From the IMG/VR virus record IMGVR_UViG_3300024996_000130, positions 1-42,232 of that record: a stretch of DNA of 42,232 bases, one strand, 5' to 3'. Position numbers and translations under genes: made by a program. The number at the start of each line of letters is the position of its first letter. The stretch's first letter is position 1. Shown here one piece after another: positions 15,180 to 23,577 of this stretch. The DNA comes from a virus (lineage: Duplodnaviria > Caudoviricetes). The notes under the pieces are model-generated. The model was not told the origin of the DNA, made no database searches, and saw nothing but the letters and a program-made list of their open reading frames with translations.

Positions 15180-16811
15180 GTGAGCCGTCGCAAAATTCTT
15201 GTTGCCGATCTTCTCTGCGGCGCTGGTGGCTCGTCCACGGGATGTGCGCGGGCACTGGATGAGCTTGGTCTGGAGATGGAACTTGTCTGTGTGAATCACT
15301 GGCCGGTGGCTATTGAGACCCACAGGATCAATCATCCCGAAGCACGTCATTATGTGCAGGATATCGCCACGGTACGGCCGCATCTGATCGTGCCGGAAGG
15401 CTATCTCGATCTTTTGATGGCATCGCCCACCTGCACGCATCATTCGGTTGCGCGGGGTGGAAAACCCACCAGCGACCAGCAGCGCAGCGATCCGTGGCAC
15501 ATCATAACCTGGCTCACCGAACTGCGGGTCAAACGGATCGTCATTGAGAATGTCTGGGAATTTATCGGTTGGGGTCCAGTCGATCGGAGAACGGGCAGAC
15601 CGATCAAATCGCGCAAGGGCGAGTATTTCCATGCGTGGATCGACACAATTCGTCGGATAGGCTTCGAGCCAGAGTGGCGGAAGCTGAACGCGGCCAATTA
15701 TGGCGATGCTACCACGCGCCAGCGTTTCATCCTGAAAGCACGGAATGACCGCAAAGTGGTGCGGTGGGCACCCATCACGCACGGGAAGGCGGAAGACGAT
15801 ATTCTGCTATTCCCCAGCTTGAAACCATGGCGGCCGGCGCGGGAGATCATTGACTGGTCGATCAAAGGCAAATCCATTTTTCATCGACCCAAGTCCCTCG
15901 CGCCGAAGACTCTGGCACGCATCTATGCTGGCGCGGTGAAGTTCAAATGGCCCGAGCCCTATCTTGTCATCCTGCGCAACCATATGGCCGCGCAAAGCCT
16001 TGATGAGCCGCTGCCGACCATCGCGGCGAACGGCACGCATATTGGAATTGCCGAGCCGATTGTACTTTCGCAGCACAATAGCGGCGCAGCCCGAACCGTG
16101 GGTGAGCCATTGCCTACGATCACAACCGGCGGGGCTGGCGCGGAAAAACATGAAGGGTGTGCCAGGCCGATGCTGGTCGAGCCGTTCGTGCTTTCCCGGC
16201 AGACCTGTGGTGCGCTGCGATCGGTAGACGAACCCATCCCGACGCAGACATCGGTCCACTCCCCAGTCCTGATATCGCCATACTATGGGTCTGGGTCTGG
16301 GGAGACATGTCAGAGCGCCGATAAGCCGCTGCCTACGGTCACCGCAAAGGCCCGTTTCGGCATTGTCATTCCCGTGACGCATGGCGGCGGCGAGACTCGC
16401 GCTACCGACGTCAATGATCCCCTGCCGACCGTGACCGGCGCCAATCGCGGTGAACTGGCCTTCGTCACCGCGCAATTCGGGGAGAGGGAAGGGCAGGCGC
16501 CGCGCACGCACAGCCTGGATCAACCGGCCTCCACCGGAATGACGCTGGGAAACGGCGCGCTGATCGAAGGCACAGAGGAATACGACATCCTGTTTCGGAT
16601 GCTGGAACCGCATGAGCTGGCCGGAGCGATGGGCTTTACCACCGAAGATCATGCCTACCAGTTTGCGGGCACAAAAACCCAGAAGATCAAGCAGATCGGC
16701 AATGCGGTTTCGGTCGCGATGATGAAGGCTGAGGTCAAAGCGATCATGGCCGACGCTGCTCCGAAGAAGAAACAATCACATGAATTCGAACTTGGCGAGG
16801 CCGCGGCATGA
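15180..16811 (+). CDS. C5-cytosine DNA methyltransferase (GTG start)
   Basis: DLLCGAGG, ASPTC, IENV, TTRQRF, KQIGNAV; repeated PLPT(I/V)T units. Confidence 0.93.
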   Translation: MSRRKILVADLLCGAGGSSTGCARALDELGLEMELVCVNHWPVAIETHRINHPEARHYVQDIATVRPHLIVPEGYLDLLMASPTCTHHSVARGGKPTSDQQRSDPWHIITWLTELRVKRIVIENVWEFIGWGPVDRRTGRPIKSRKGEYFHAWIDTIRRIGFEPEWRKLNAANYGDATTRQRFILKARNDRKVVRWAPITHGKAEDDILLFPSLKPWRPAREIIDWSIKGKSIFHRPKSLAPKTLARIYAGAVKFKWPEPYLVILRNHMAAQSLDEPLPTIAANGTHIGIAEPIVLSQHNSGAARTVGEPLPTITTGGAGAEKHEGCARPMLVEPFVLSRQTCGALRSVDEPIPTQTSVHSPVLISPYYGSGSGETCQSADKPLPTVTAKARFGIVIPVTHGGGETRATDVNDPLPTVTGANRGELAFVTAQFGEREGQAPRTHSLDQPASTGMTLGNGALIEGTEEYDILFRMLEPHELAGAMGFTTEDHAYQFAGTKTQKIKQIGNAVSVAMMKAEVKAIMADAAPKKKQSHEFELGEAAA

Positions 16812-17161
16812 GCCACATTCATCGGCGGATATTTGCGGCCATCGAAGATCGTCCGTCTGGAATGGCGACAGCCAGCCAAATTGCGGCCCGGTGCGATCTG
16901 CCACTTGTGCAGGTTCGCATGGAGGTAAATGCGCTCTGCGATGAGAAATCTCTCCTTGCCCGCGAGAGCGATGGTGGGGAATGCGTCTATTCCATAGCCG
17001 TCGCATCCGACGTGACCACAGTGCAACAGCGCGACGAATTATGCGAGGCGGAACGGATGTGGCGCGACCGATTGGGAAAACAGCGCTGGCGGGATGATCC
17101 GCGCGCTTTGCGGGAACGGAGTGCGCCAGTCGGCATACGTCCGCCATGGGGCGCACGATGA
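16808..17161 (+). CDS. Winged-helix-like hypothetical protein
   Basis: ATASQIAARCDLPLVQVRMEVNAL..KSLL; ATGA coupling. Confidence 0.6.
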   Translation: MSHIHRRIFAAIEDRPSGMATASQIAARCDLPLVQVRMEVNALCDEKSLLARESDGGECVYSIAVASDVTTVQQRDELCEAERMWRDRLGKQRWRDDPRALRERSAPVGIRPPWGAR

Positions 17162-17334
17162 CGGGCCGCAACATGAATGTGCTGAAGGATGTGGCGCTCA
17201 AATATGTGGGCGCGCTCGATCGCTACCGCCGCGCCATGCGCCAGGGCGACACGCGGCGGGCCGATGATGCGCTTGCCGAAATGCAGGAACTGGAACGGGA
17301 TGTGATCGTGATCCGGCAGCGGAGGCCAGCATGA
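17158..17334 (+). CDS. Small helical hypothetical protein
   Basis: ATGA coupling both sides. Confidence 0.6.
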   Translation: MTGRNMNVLKDVALKYVGALDRYRRAMRQGDTRRADDALAEMQELERDVIVIRQRRPA

Positions 17335-18206
17335 TCGCGCCGCCGCGCCCGGCGTTACGATGGTATGGAGGGAAGTGGAAATTGGCACCGTGTATCATCA
17401 ATCACCTTCCGCCGCACCGTGTTTATGTCGAACCGTATGGTGGCGCGATGAGTGTGCTTCTGCGCAAAGAACGGTCCTATGCCGAGGTCTACAATGATCT
17501 GGATGGAGACGTGGTGAACTTCTTTCGGGTGTTGCGCAATGAAGCCATGGCGCCCCGCCTTCTTGAACGGCTGCGTTTGACACCATTCGCAAGGGTGGAG
17601 TTCGAGGCGGCTTATGAGTTGACAGATGATCCGGTGGAACGTGCCAGCAGGCTCGCAATCCTTTCGTTCATGGGTTTCGGGTCAAACGCGCACTCGCGTA
17701 CGCCGACTGGGTTTCGCGCCAACAGCAACCGGTCGGGGACTACGCCGGCGCATGACTGGTGCAACTACCCTGATGCGTTGTCGATTTTGATTGATCGCTT
17801 GCGTGGTGTGATCATTGAGAGCCGCGATGCGCTTCAGGTGATGGCGCAGCACGACGGGCGGCACACGTTGCACTATGTCGACCCGCCTTATGTCCATGCT
17901 ACCCGAGGCCGGGGTCGGATGTCCGATGTTTTGTATCGTGGATATGCTGTCGAGCTAAGCGATGACGATCACGAAAGTCTTCTGAAGTTCCTTCGCACAT
18001 TAAAAGGCTGCGTCGTTTTGTCGGGATACCCGCATCCGATCTACGACAATCTGCTCTCGGACTGGTTGCGGTTCGAACGTGCTGCGCATGCCGATGGCGC
18101 GCGAGATCGGACCGAGGTCTTATGGCTCAATGATGCCGCGTTTTCCTCGCTTCACAATCGGCAGGACGATTTGCCGTTGACGGTTTCGGCGAGGGCAATG
18201 TCATGA
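17331..18206 (+). CDS. Dam/D12-class DNA adenine methyltransferase
   Basis: WYGGK, YVEPYGG, EVYND, YVDPPY, VLSGY, TEVLW. Confidence 0.93.
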   Translation: MIAPPRPALRWYGGKWKLAPCIINHLPPHRVYVEPYGGAMSVLLRKERSYAEVYNDLDGDVVNFFRVLRNEAMAPRLLERLRLTPFARVEFEAAYELTDDPVERASRLAILSFMGFGSNAHSRTPTGFRANSNRSGTTPAHDWCNYPDALSILIDRLRGVIIESRDALQVMAQHDGRHTLHYVDPPYVHATRGRGRMSDVLYRGYAVELSDDDHESLLKFLRTLKGCVVLSGYPHPIYDNLLSDWLRFERAAHADGARDRTEVLWLNDAAFSSLHNRQDDLPLTVSARAMS

Positions 18207-18559
18207 CTCACGCGAATGATATTGGGCGGCTGGGCTCTCTCATCCGGCTGCAGGTTCTTGAAACATACACCGTCAGTCCGCAATTCGGGCACGATTGTGC
18301 GCGGCGCTATCTCTTCGAGGTGGCGGAAGCCATCGCGATCAATGAGACGCGCGAACTGGCGGCGTCCAGCGTCTATGGCGTGGCGGATGCGATTGCAGCG
18401 CAGTGCCCATTGCCGCCTTCCGTATTTCAAGCGGCGGCGAAGGCGGCGCCCGACCAGGCTATGGTGCGCGGCGCCGTCAGGAAGATCGCCATCTGCGCCA
18501 CCGTGGTTTTCCTGATCGGCATGTCGTTCGGATTTGCTCTCGCGAGGTTTGTTTCATGA
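18203..18559 (+). CDS. Hypothetical protein with C-terminal TM helix
   Basis: Coupled ORF; hydrophobic C-terminus. Confidence 0.65.
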   Translation: MTHANDIGRLGSLIRLQVLETYTVSPQFGHDCARRYLFEVAEAIAINETRELAASSVYGVADAIAAQCPLPPSVFQAAAKAAPDQAMVRGAVRKIAICATVVFLIGMSFGFALARFVS

Positions 18560-19608
18560 GTGGTGCGGATATCTCATTGCCGCTGCCGAATGATGTCGAC
18601 GTGGCCGACATGCCGCACATCCCGCTCTATGACGCGAGGCTGATGAAGAGCAAGGCGTGGTTGCGGGCCAAGAACTGGCGTGGTGGAGGGCCGGGTCTCG
18701 GCTTCTGCCTGATCAATCTCTGGTCGGCGGCGTTCCGCGCCATACCGGCGGGTTCGCTGGAAGATGATGAGGATGTGCTGGCCGACGCCGCCAATTGCGA
18801 CATCGCGTACTGGCAGGAGATCAAGGCGCGGGCCCTCACGGGTTGGCGTTTGATTGCGGGGCGCTGGCATCACCCGGTGGTCAGCGATATCGCCTGGGAT
18901 CTGTGGCAGAAGCGGCTTCAGAAACGGCATGAGCTGGCTATCAATTCCTGCCGTATGGCGACCAAGCGCGCGCTCGACAACGGGCTGGAGCCGCCGGAGC
19001 CGGTGGGCCGGTTCGTTGACTGGCTGGCTGACAAGTTCCCCGCCTCGGCCACTTATATATATGCACGTGCGGCGCAAACCGATGCGCGCTCGGCCGAAAT
19101 TCGCGAACAGGATGAACCAAAGACGCCCGTGTGCGGCGCACGTGCGGATGATGTGCAGCGCACGTGCAGTGCACGTTCGTTGAACATGAGTCCTAAGGTA
19201 AGCAAAGGTAAGGTTATATCCCCCCCTGTAGCCCCCCCCTTGCCGCCGCCGTGCGAAGACGCCCCGCCGAACGGCTTGGAGGGCGCCGTATTGGCCGAAA
19301 TCACCCCGAAGCACTGGTTTGCAAGGGAGTTCACGCGGCTGGAAACCGAATTTGGTGACAGCATGACGAAACTCATGCTGGCCCACCTGCAAACCCCTGA
19401 GGCACCGGGGAAATTCCGTCTGGTTCAGGTTTTCAAGGGGGCGTGGTTCGACCCTCGCGGTCCCTGCATCGTGATGCCGACGAAGCGGCGTGCGGACGCG
19501 GCTTGGGCCGATCACGGCGAATGGATTTCCGCGCTGTGGCCGCAACTGCGGGTGCGGCATGCGACGGTTGATGAATTGCGGGCTTTCAAAGGGCGGAGCG
19601 TGGCATGA
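18556..19608 (+). CDS. DUF1376/YdaU-like replication initiator
   Basis: PLP.DVD..DMP.IPL, LWSAA...PAGSLEDD..LA, W...RWHHPVV; internal repeats; position. Confidence 0.75.
   Translation: MSGADISLPLPNDVDVADMPHIPLYDARLMKSKAWLRAKNWRGGGPGLGFCLINLWSAAFRAIPAGSLEDDEDVLADAANCDIAYWQEIKARALTGWRLIAGRWHHPVVSDIAWDLWQKRLQKRHELAINSCRMATKRALDNGLEPPEPVGRFVDWLADKFPASATYIYARAAQTDARSAEIREQDEPKTPVCGARADDVQRTCSARSLNMSPKVSKGKVISPPVAPPLPPPCEDAPPNGLEGAVLAEITPKHWFAREFTRLETEFGDSMTKLMLAHLQTPEAPGKFRLVQVFKGAWFDPRGPCIVMPTKRRADAAWADHGEWISALWPQLRVRHATVDELRAFKGRSVA
19051..19241. repeat. Candidate replication origin: GCACGTGC palindromes at 19063, 19138, 19160 (plus GCACGTTC at 19171), TA run and C tracts
   Basis: Read from sequence; lambdoid origins lie inside the initiator gene. 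Confidence 0.5.
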
Positions 19609-20354
19609 AGGCGGGAATAGCGCGGGCGGTGGTGCCGCCGTGGGATGGGCGCAAACATGCGATCAGCGTGGCGGCGTTGGTGGTCTGGGCTTACCGGGAC
19701 CAGATGGTTCACGCGGCCAGGCCCGAAGGCATGCCGGTGGAGATCGCGCGCGACTGGTCCCCGCGCATAGCGCAGAGCGCATTCGCTGCGGACTTCGTGG
19801 AATCCAGCATCAAGCTGGATTTCGCGGCGGCACCCGATGCCTATCGTGTCCATGACGCGGTGCTGCGTCTGCCCGTGATTGAGCGGCAGCGAAGCGAGGA
19901 TGAGATCGCCTGCCTGATGGCCCGGCGTCTCTGTGCCAGCGAGTTGGCGCGATTGGGTGCCGATGATGCGCGACGTGAGGGCAGGGGCAATGCAACCGAG
20001 CCCGATCCGATTGAGACCATTCATCTGGGCTCGCTGGTGTTCACATGGGCCATGCGTGGTTGCGCTCCCGATTGGGTGGCCGATCCGGTCTATGCCTATG
20101 AGCGCGGCCACGCGTTCTATCGCGGGCAGCGCCGGGAAGGTGTCGGGCATCAGGTCAAGCCGGTGGGCGATGATCCGTTGGCGATAGAGCATCAGCGTAG
20201 TCTCTACGCGCTCTGGGCGGGTGCCATGGCCACGGTTCGAACCGATCTTTTGACACGCTACCGACTCAGACAGTTCGCCCTCAGTGTCGAACTGCCGCCG
20301 CCAGCGCCTTGGAAAAGCCAGGGAACGGTTGACATGGGGAAAAAGCTTGACTAG
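19605..20354 (+). CDS. Hypothetical protein in the late-regulator (Q) position
   Basis: Last early gene before cos; LVVWAYRDQ, PDAYRVHDAV, PDW, Y..W...M, PW C-terminus. Confidence 0.7.
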   Translation: MKAGIARAVVPPWDGRKHAISVAALVVWAYRDQMVHAARPEGMPVEIARDWSPRIAQSAFAADFVESSIKLDFAAAPDAYRVHDAVLRLPVIERQRSEDEIACLMARRLCASELARLGADDARREGRGNATEPDPIETIHLGSLVFTWAMRGCAPDWVADPVYAYERGHAFYRGQRREGVGHQVKPVGDDPLAIEHQRSLYALWAGAMATVRTDLLTRYRLRQFALSVELPPPAPWKSQGTVDMGKKLD

Positions 20355-20413
20355 GTATACGCATCCTGTAATGCGCCCGCTCGGAAAACACTCCGACGCG
20401 GGCGCAACGTTTT
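20347..20413 (+). promoter_or_regulatory. Candidate late promoter followed by attenuator hairpin
   Basis: TTGACT 20347-20352, TAATGC 20369-20374; stem 20373-20405 then AACGTTTT. Confidence 0.45.
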
Positions 20414-20517
20414 CCACCCATGAGGTTCATCATGTGACCCGCCGCATCGGCGTCAGCGCCGTGCGCTTGCCGACGCTCGCGCTGGCGTCCGGATGGGCAG
20501 GGGTGGGGGGTGCCTTT

Positions 20518-20571
20518 GGGTCCTTCCGGGGGGGTAAAAAGCATACGGCGAAACCAGGTCCGGGGGTTCGC
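20518..20571 (+). other. Lambda-type cos site: cosQ GGGTCCT (20518-20524), predicted 12-nt cohesive end GCGAAACCAGGT (20548-20559)
   Basis: GGGTCCT-N19-TACG, same spacing as the lambda right end; just upstream of terminase small subunit. Confidence 0.72.
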
Positions 20572-20630
20572 GCAAAATTGTATTTTTCCTGCGTAGCACG
20601 GGTGCGCACGCATCGGCGGCGGACGCACGA

Positions 20631-21317
20631 ATGAGTGCACGTGACGGCATGGTTCCGGTTGCGAAGGCGGCAGAGATGCTGACTGCCATGGGCGATCGTA
20701 TCGATGCCTCGAATGTGTCGCGCTATCTCGCGCGGTTTCCCGAAATTCCGCAGCGGAAGGACGGGAAGTACCGGTTTGTCGATGTGGCGGCGCTGGCCCG
20801 CCACCGCAGCGAAAATATTCTAGTTCACGAAAAGCGTGCGGCGCGGGATATCGCGCCGCTCGAGACCGAACCCGAAGGCTCCGGACAACCTTCGCCGGTT
20901 CGTAAAGTGCCGCCGGCATCCTCACCGTTGCTGGACGCATCTGCCGCGCCGGATGCTCCAGACACCGATGCCGGCGGTACTTCTTCACCGATCGCGCTTG
21001 CGAATCTGGAACTGAAACAGCTTCAGATCCGCGAGGCGCGCCTCGATCTGGAGGAACGGGAAGGAAAACTCGTTCCCGATCATGAGGTCATGTCGCTGAT
21101 CACCACGGTGATGCAGACCTTTGTCGATGCGCTGCTGCGCGAAGAGACCGAGATCACGCAGGAAATGGGTCGTGATGTCGGCGCCGCGTTTCGCCGGGCC
21201 CGTAAATCCGCCCAGGCGCGGGCGGCAAAGAAACTGGCGGAGATCGCCGGGCAGCATTTGCCAGACCATCTGGCGCATTCGGCGCCGGTGGCATTGGAGA
21301 TGCCGTTGAGGATGTGA
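20631..21317 (+). CDS. Terminase small subunit (Nu1-like)
   Basis: N-terminal HTH; LDLEEREGKLVP coiled coil; precedes GpA. Confidence 0.8.
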   Translation: MSARDGMVPVAKAAEMLTAMGDRIDASNVSRYLARFPEIPQRKDGKYRFVDVAALARHRSENILVHEKRAARDIAPLETEPEGSGQPSPVRKVPPASSPLLDASAAPDAPDTDAGGTSSPIALANLELKQLQIREARLDLEEREGKLVPDHEVMSLITTVMQTFVDALLREETEITQEMGRDVGAAFRRARKSAQARAAKKLAEIAGQHLPDHLAHSAPVALEMPLRM

Positions 21318-23344
21318 TGGCTTACGCGTTTTCTGCTTCTGCCGCTGCCGTTCTGGTGGCTGTTGCGGAAGCGTTGACGCCTGCGCCGGAAATCCCGATC
21401 TCGCATTGGGTCGATCAGGGTCATGTGATCCTGACCGCAAAAACCAATACGCCGAAAGAAGGCCCCTTCGCCTTCGACGGTGTGGAGTATCTGCGCGAGC
21501 CGCTCGATCGCCTGCATCCAGACGATCCGTGTACACGGGTCACGATCAAGGGTAGCGCGCAGTCCGGCAAATCGTCGGTCGGCCAGCTTTGGGTGGCCTG
21601 GTCGGTCGACGTCAATCCGAAGAGCTTTGCGATCGGCCTGCCCAGTTCGGGCGAGGTGCTGAAGTACAACGAGCTTAAGCTTCAGCCGATCCTTGAAGAC
21701 AGTCCGCGGCTGAAGCCGAAGGTCCGGCCGGTTTCGACCAAGTCGGGTGAAGGGTCCACCGCGCGCAAGAAGCGCCTGTTCAACGGCGCCTCTCTGCTGA
21801 TTTTCAATCTGGGTTCGGCAAACGAACTCCAGATGATCTCGACCGGCAACCTCATCCTGGAAGAGGTTGCCCAGACCAAGGTCGAGGTGGGCACCCGTGG
21901 TGCGCCGGTCAAACAGGCGCGCGAACGGCAAAAAGCTTATTCGGTCATCGGCTCGAAAGAGTTGATGGTGTCGACGCCCGGCGAAGTTGGCACGTGCGAA
22001 GTCACCAAGGCTTTCGAGCTGGGTGATCAGCGGCGCTATTATGGCGAATGCCCGCATTGCAGCGGGTTTTTCGTGCTGTTGCCGGAAAACTTTGTTCTGG
22101 CGAAAGATGGTCAGCCGCACCACTTTGTCTGTCCTGGCTGTGGTTGTCTTCTGGAAGAACATCAGCGCGCATCGTTCCGGCGCAATGGCGATTGGTTGCC
22201 GTGTTTCAGTTCGGATGACACGGAAAATCCGGCGCCTCCTGACTATGTTGCGAAAGCCGACTTTCAGCGCTGGCGGAACCGCAATACCGAAGGTCGCGAG
22301 CCCAGTTATTACATCTGGCAAGTCTATTGCGGACTGATTTCATGGGATGCGGTCGCCGGCACGATCCGCGAAGCGAAAGCGCCCGATGAAATCAAAGCGC
22401 TGGAACAACAGGTTTATGGCCGCGCATACGATCCATCCATTGAAGCCATGGAATGGACCGAACTGCACAAGCTGCGCGAGCCGTATGACCATGGAACGGT
22501 TCCGGCGGCGGCCGGTGTTCTTACCGGCATGTGCGACGTGCAGGGCGATTATCTGCAATGGTCCGTGATCGGCTGGGGCCCTGGGGCGGAATGGTGGATT
22601 GTCGACCGCGGCATCATCCAGGGTGACACCTCGGCAAGCGATGTGTGGCATGCGCTGGATGGGGTGACGCGGAAGCAATATCCGCATGCGCTGGGCGGTG
22701 TGTTGCCGATCGCGGCGTTCGGAGTCGATACCGGTTATCGAACGCAGCGGGCTTATTCGTTTTGCCGCGGCCGGCCCAATTGTTACGCGCTCGATGGTCG
22801 GCCGGACTGGAAGACGCCGCACATTGGAAAGCCCAAGCCGGTGCGTGTTGTTGAGAACGGCCGTGTTCGCGGGCGGGTGCGGCTGTGGCCCACCGGCACC
22901 TGGCAGTTGAAATCGCTTCTCGCCTGGTCGCTGAAGCGATCGACGGAAGCGACCTATATGACCGCGCTGGAAGGCCGCGGTCATTGGTCGATGGCCGAGG
23001 ATGAGAATTGGTGCCAGCAGATTACAGCCGAGGTGCTTTGCGAGGAAAAGAACGCGAAGACGGCCCAGACCGATCGCTGGTTCAAGAAGGTGCGCGCGAA
23101 CGAAGAACTGGACATCTGGGTCGGTTCCCGCGCGCTGGCCTGGATGCTGGGCGTCGGCGCGCCGCGCGGTGACGGCTTGGCTGGCGACAAGTTCGATTGG
23201 GCCGGTGCTGCGGACGAGCGCAAGGGCACCGCGCAATCGGATCTGTTCGTCCGGCCTGCGCCGCCACCAGTGCCGAACGTGGCGCCCGCTGTGTCGGCGC
23301 ATCCGTCGCCGCAGAAGACAAAACGCAAGTGGTATCCGGATTAG
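21317..23344 (+). CDS. Terminase large subunit, GpA family
   Basis: KGSAQSGKS Walker A, LILEEV Walker B, VSTP, GDQRRY.GECPHC, CDVQ, GVDTG, NEELD. Confidence 0.95.
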   Translation: MAYAFSASAAAVLVAVAEALTPAPEIPISHWVDQGHVILTAKTNTPKEGPFAFDGVEYLREPLDRLHPDDPCTRVTIKGSAQSGKSSVGQLWVAWSVDVNPKSFAIGLPSSGEVLKYNELKLQPILEDSPRLKPKVRPVSTKSGEGSTARKKRLFNGASLLIFNLGSANELQMISTGNLILEEVAQTKVEVGTRGAPVKQARERQKAYSVIGSKELMVSTPGEVGTCEVTKAFELGDQRRYYGECPHCSGFFVLLPENFVLAKDGQPHHFVCPGCGCLLEEHQRASFRRNGDWLPCFSSDDTENPAPPDYVAKADFQRWRNRNTEGREPSYYIWQVYCGLISWDAVAGTIREAKAPDEIKALEQQVYGRAYDPSIEAMEWTELHKLREPYDHGTVPAAAGVLTGMCDVQGDYLQWSVIGWGPGAEWWIVDRGIIQGDTSASDVWHALDGVTRKQYPHALGGVLPIAAFGVDTGYRTQRAYSFCRGRPNCYALDGRPDWKTPHIGKPKPVRVVENGRVRGRVRLWPTGTWQLKSLLAWSLKRSTEATYMTALEGRGHWSMAEDENWCQQITAEVLCEEKNAKTAQTDRWFKKVRANEELDIWVGSRALAWMLGVGAPRGDGLAGDKFDWAGAADERKGTAQSDLFVRPAPPPVPNVAPAVSAHPSPQKTKRKWYPD

Positions 23345-23355
23345 GATCGGAAGAA

Positions 23356-23577
23356 ATGGCGCTTTCGGCATCTGACGCTGTGCGGCTGCAGGCCCTGCAG
23401 ACGGCATACGACAAGTTGATTGCCGGCGATAAGCGCACGCGCGTGACCTATGGATCGACAACCATCGAGTATGGCCAGGGTGACCTCACCCGGCTTGAAG
23501 GCCAGATCGCGCAGCTTCGTGAACAGGATCAATCCTGCCGTCCGAAGCGCGGCGCGCTGCGATTTCGGATTCTGTAA
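23356..23577 (+). CDS. gpW-like head-tail joining protein
   Basis: AYDKLIAG...VTYGSTTIEY...L..LE..I; between terminase and portal. Confidence 0.85.
   Translation: MALSASDAVRLQALQTAYDKLIAGDKRTRVTYGSTTIEYGQGDLTRLEGQIAQLREQDQSCRPKRGALRFRIL

Noticed and set aside
19063-19178. CACGTG cores as extra parS sites
   Set aside because: Lack the GTTT/AAAC flanks.
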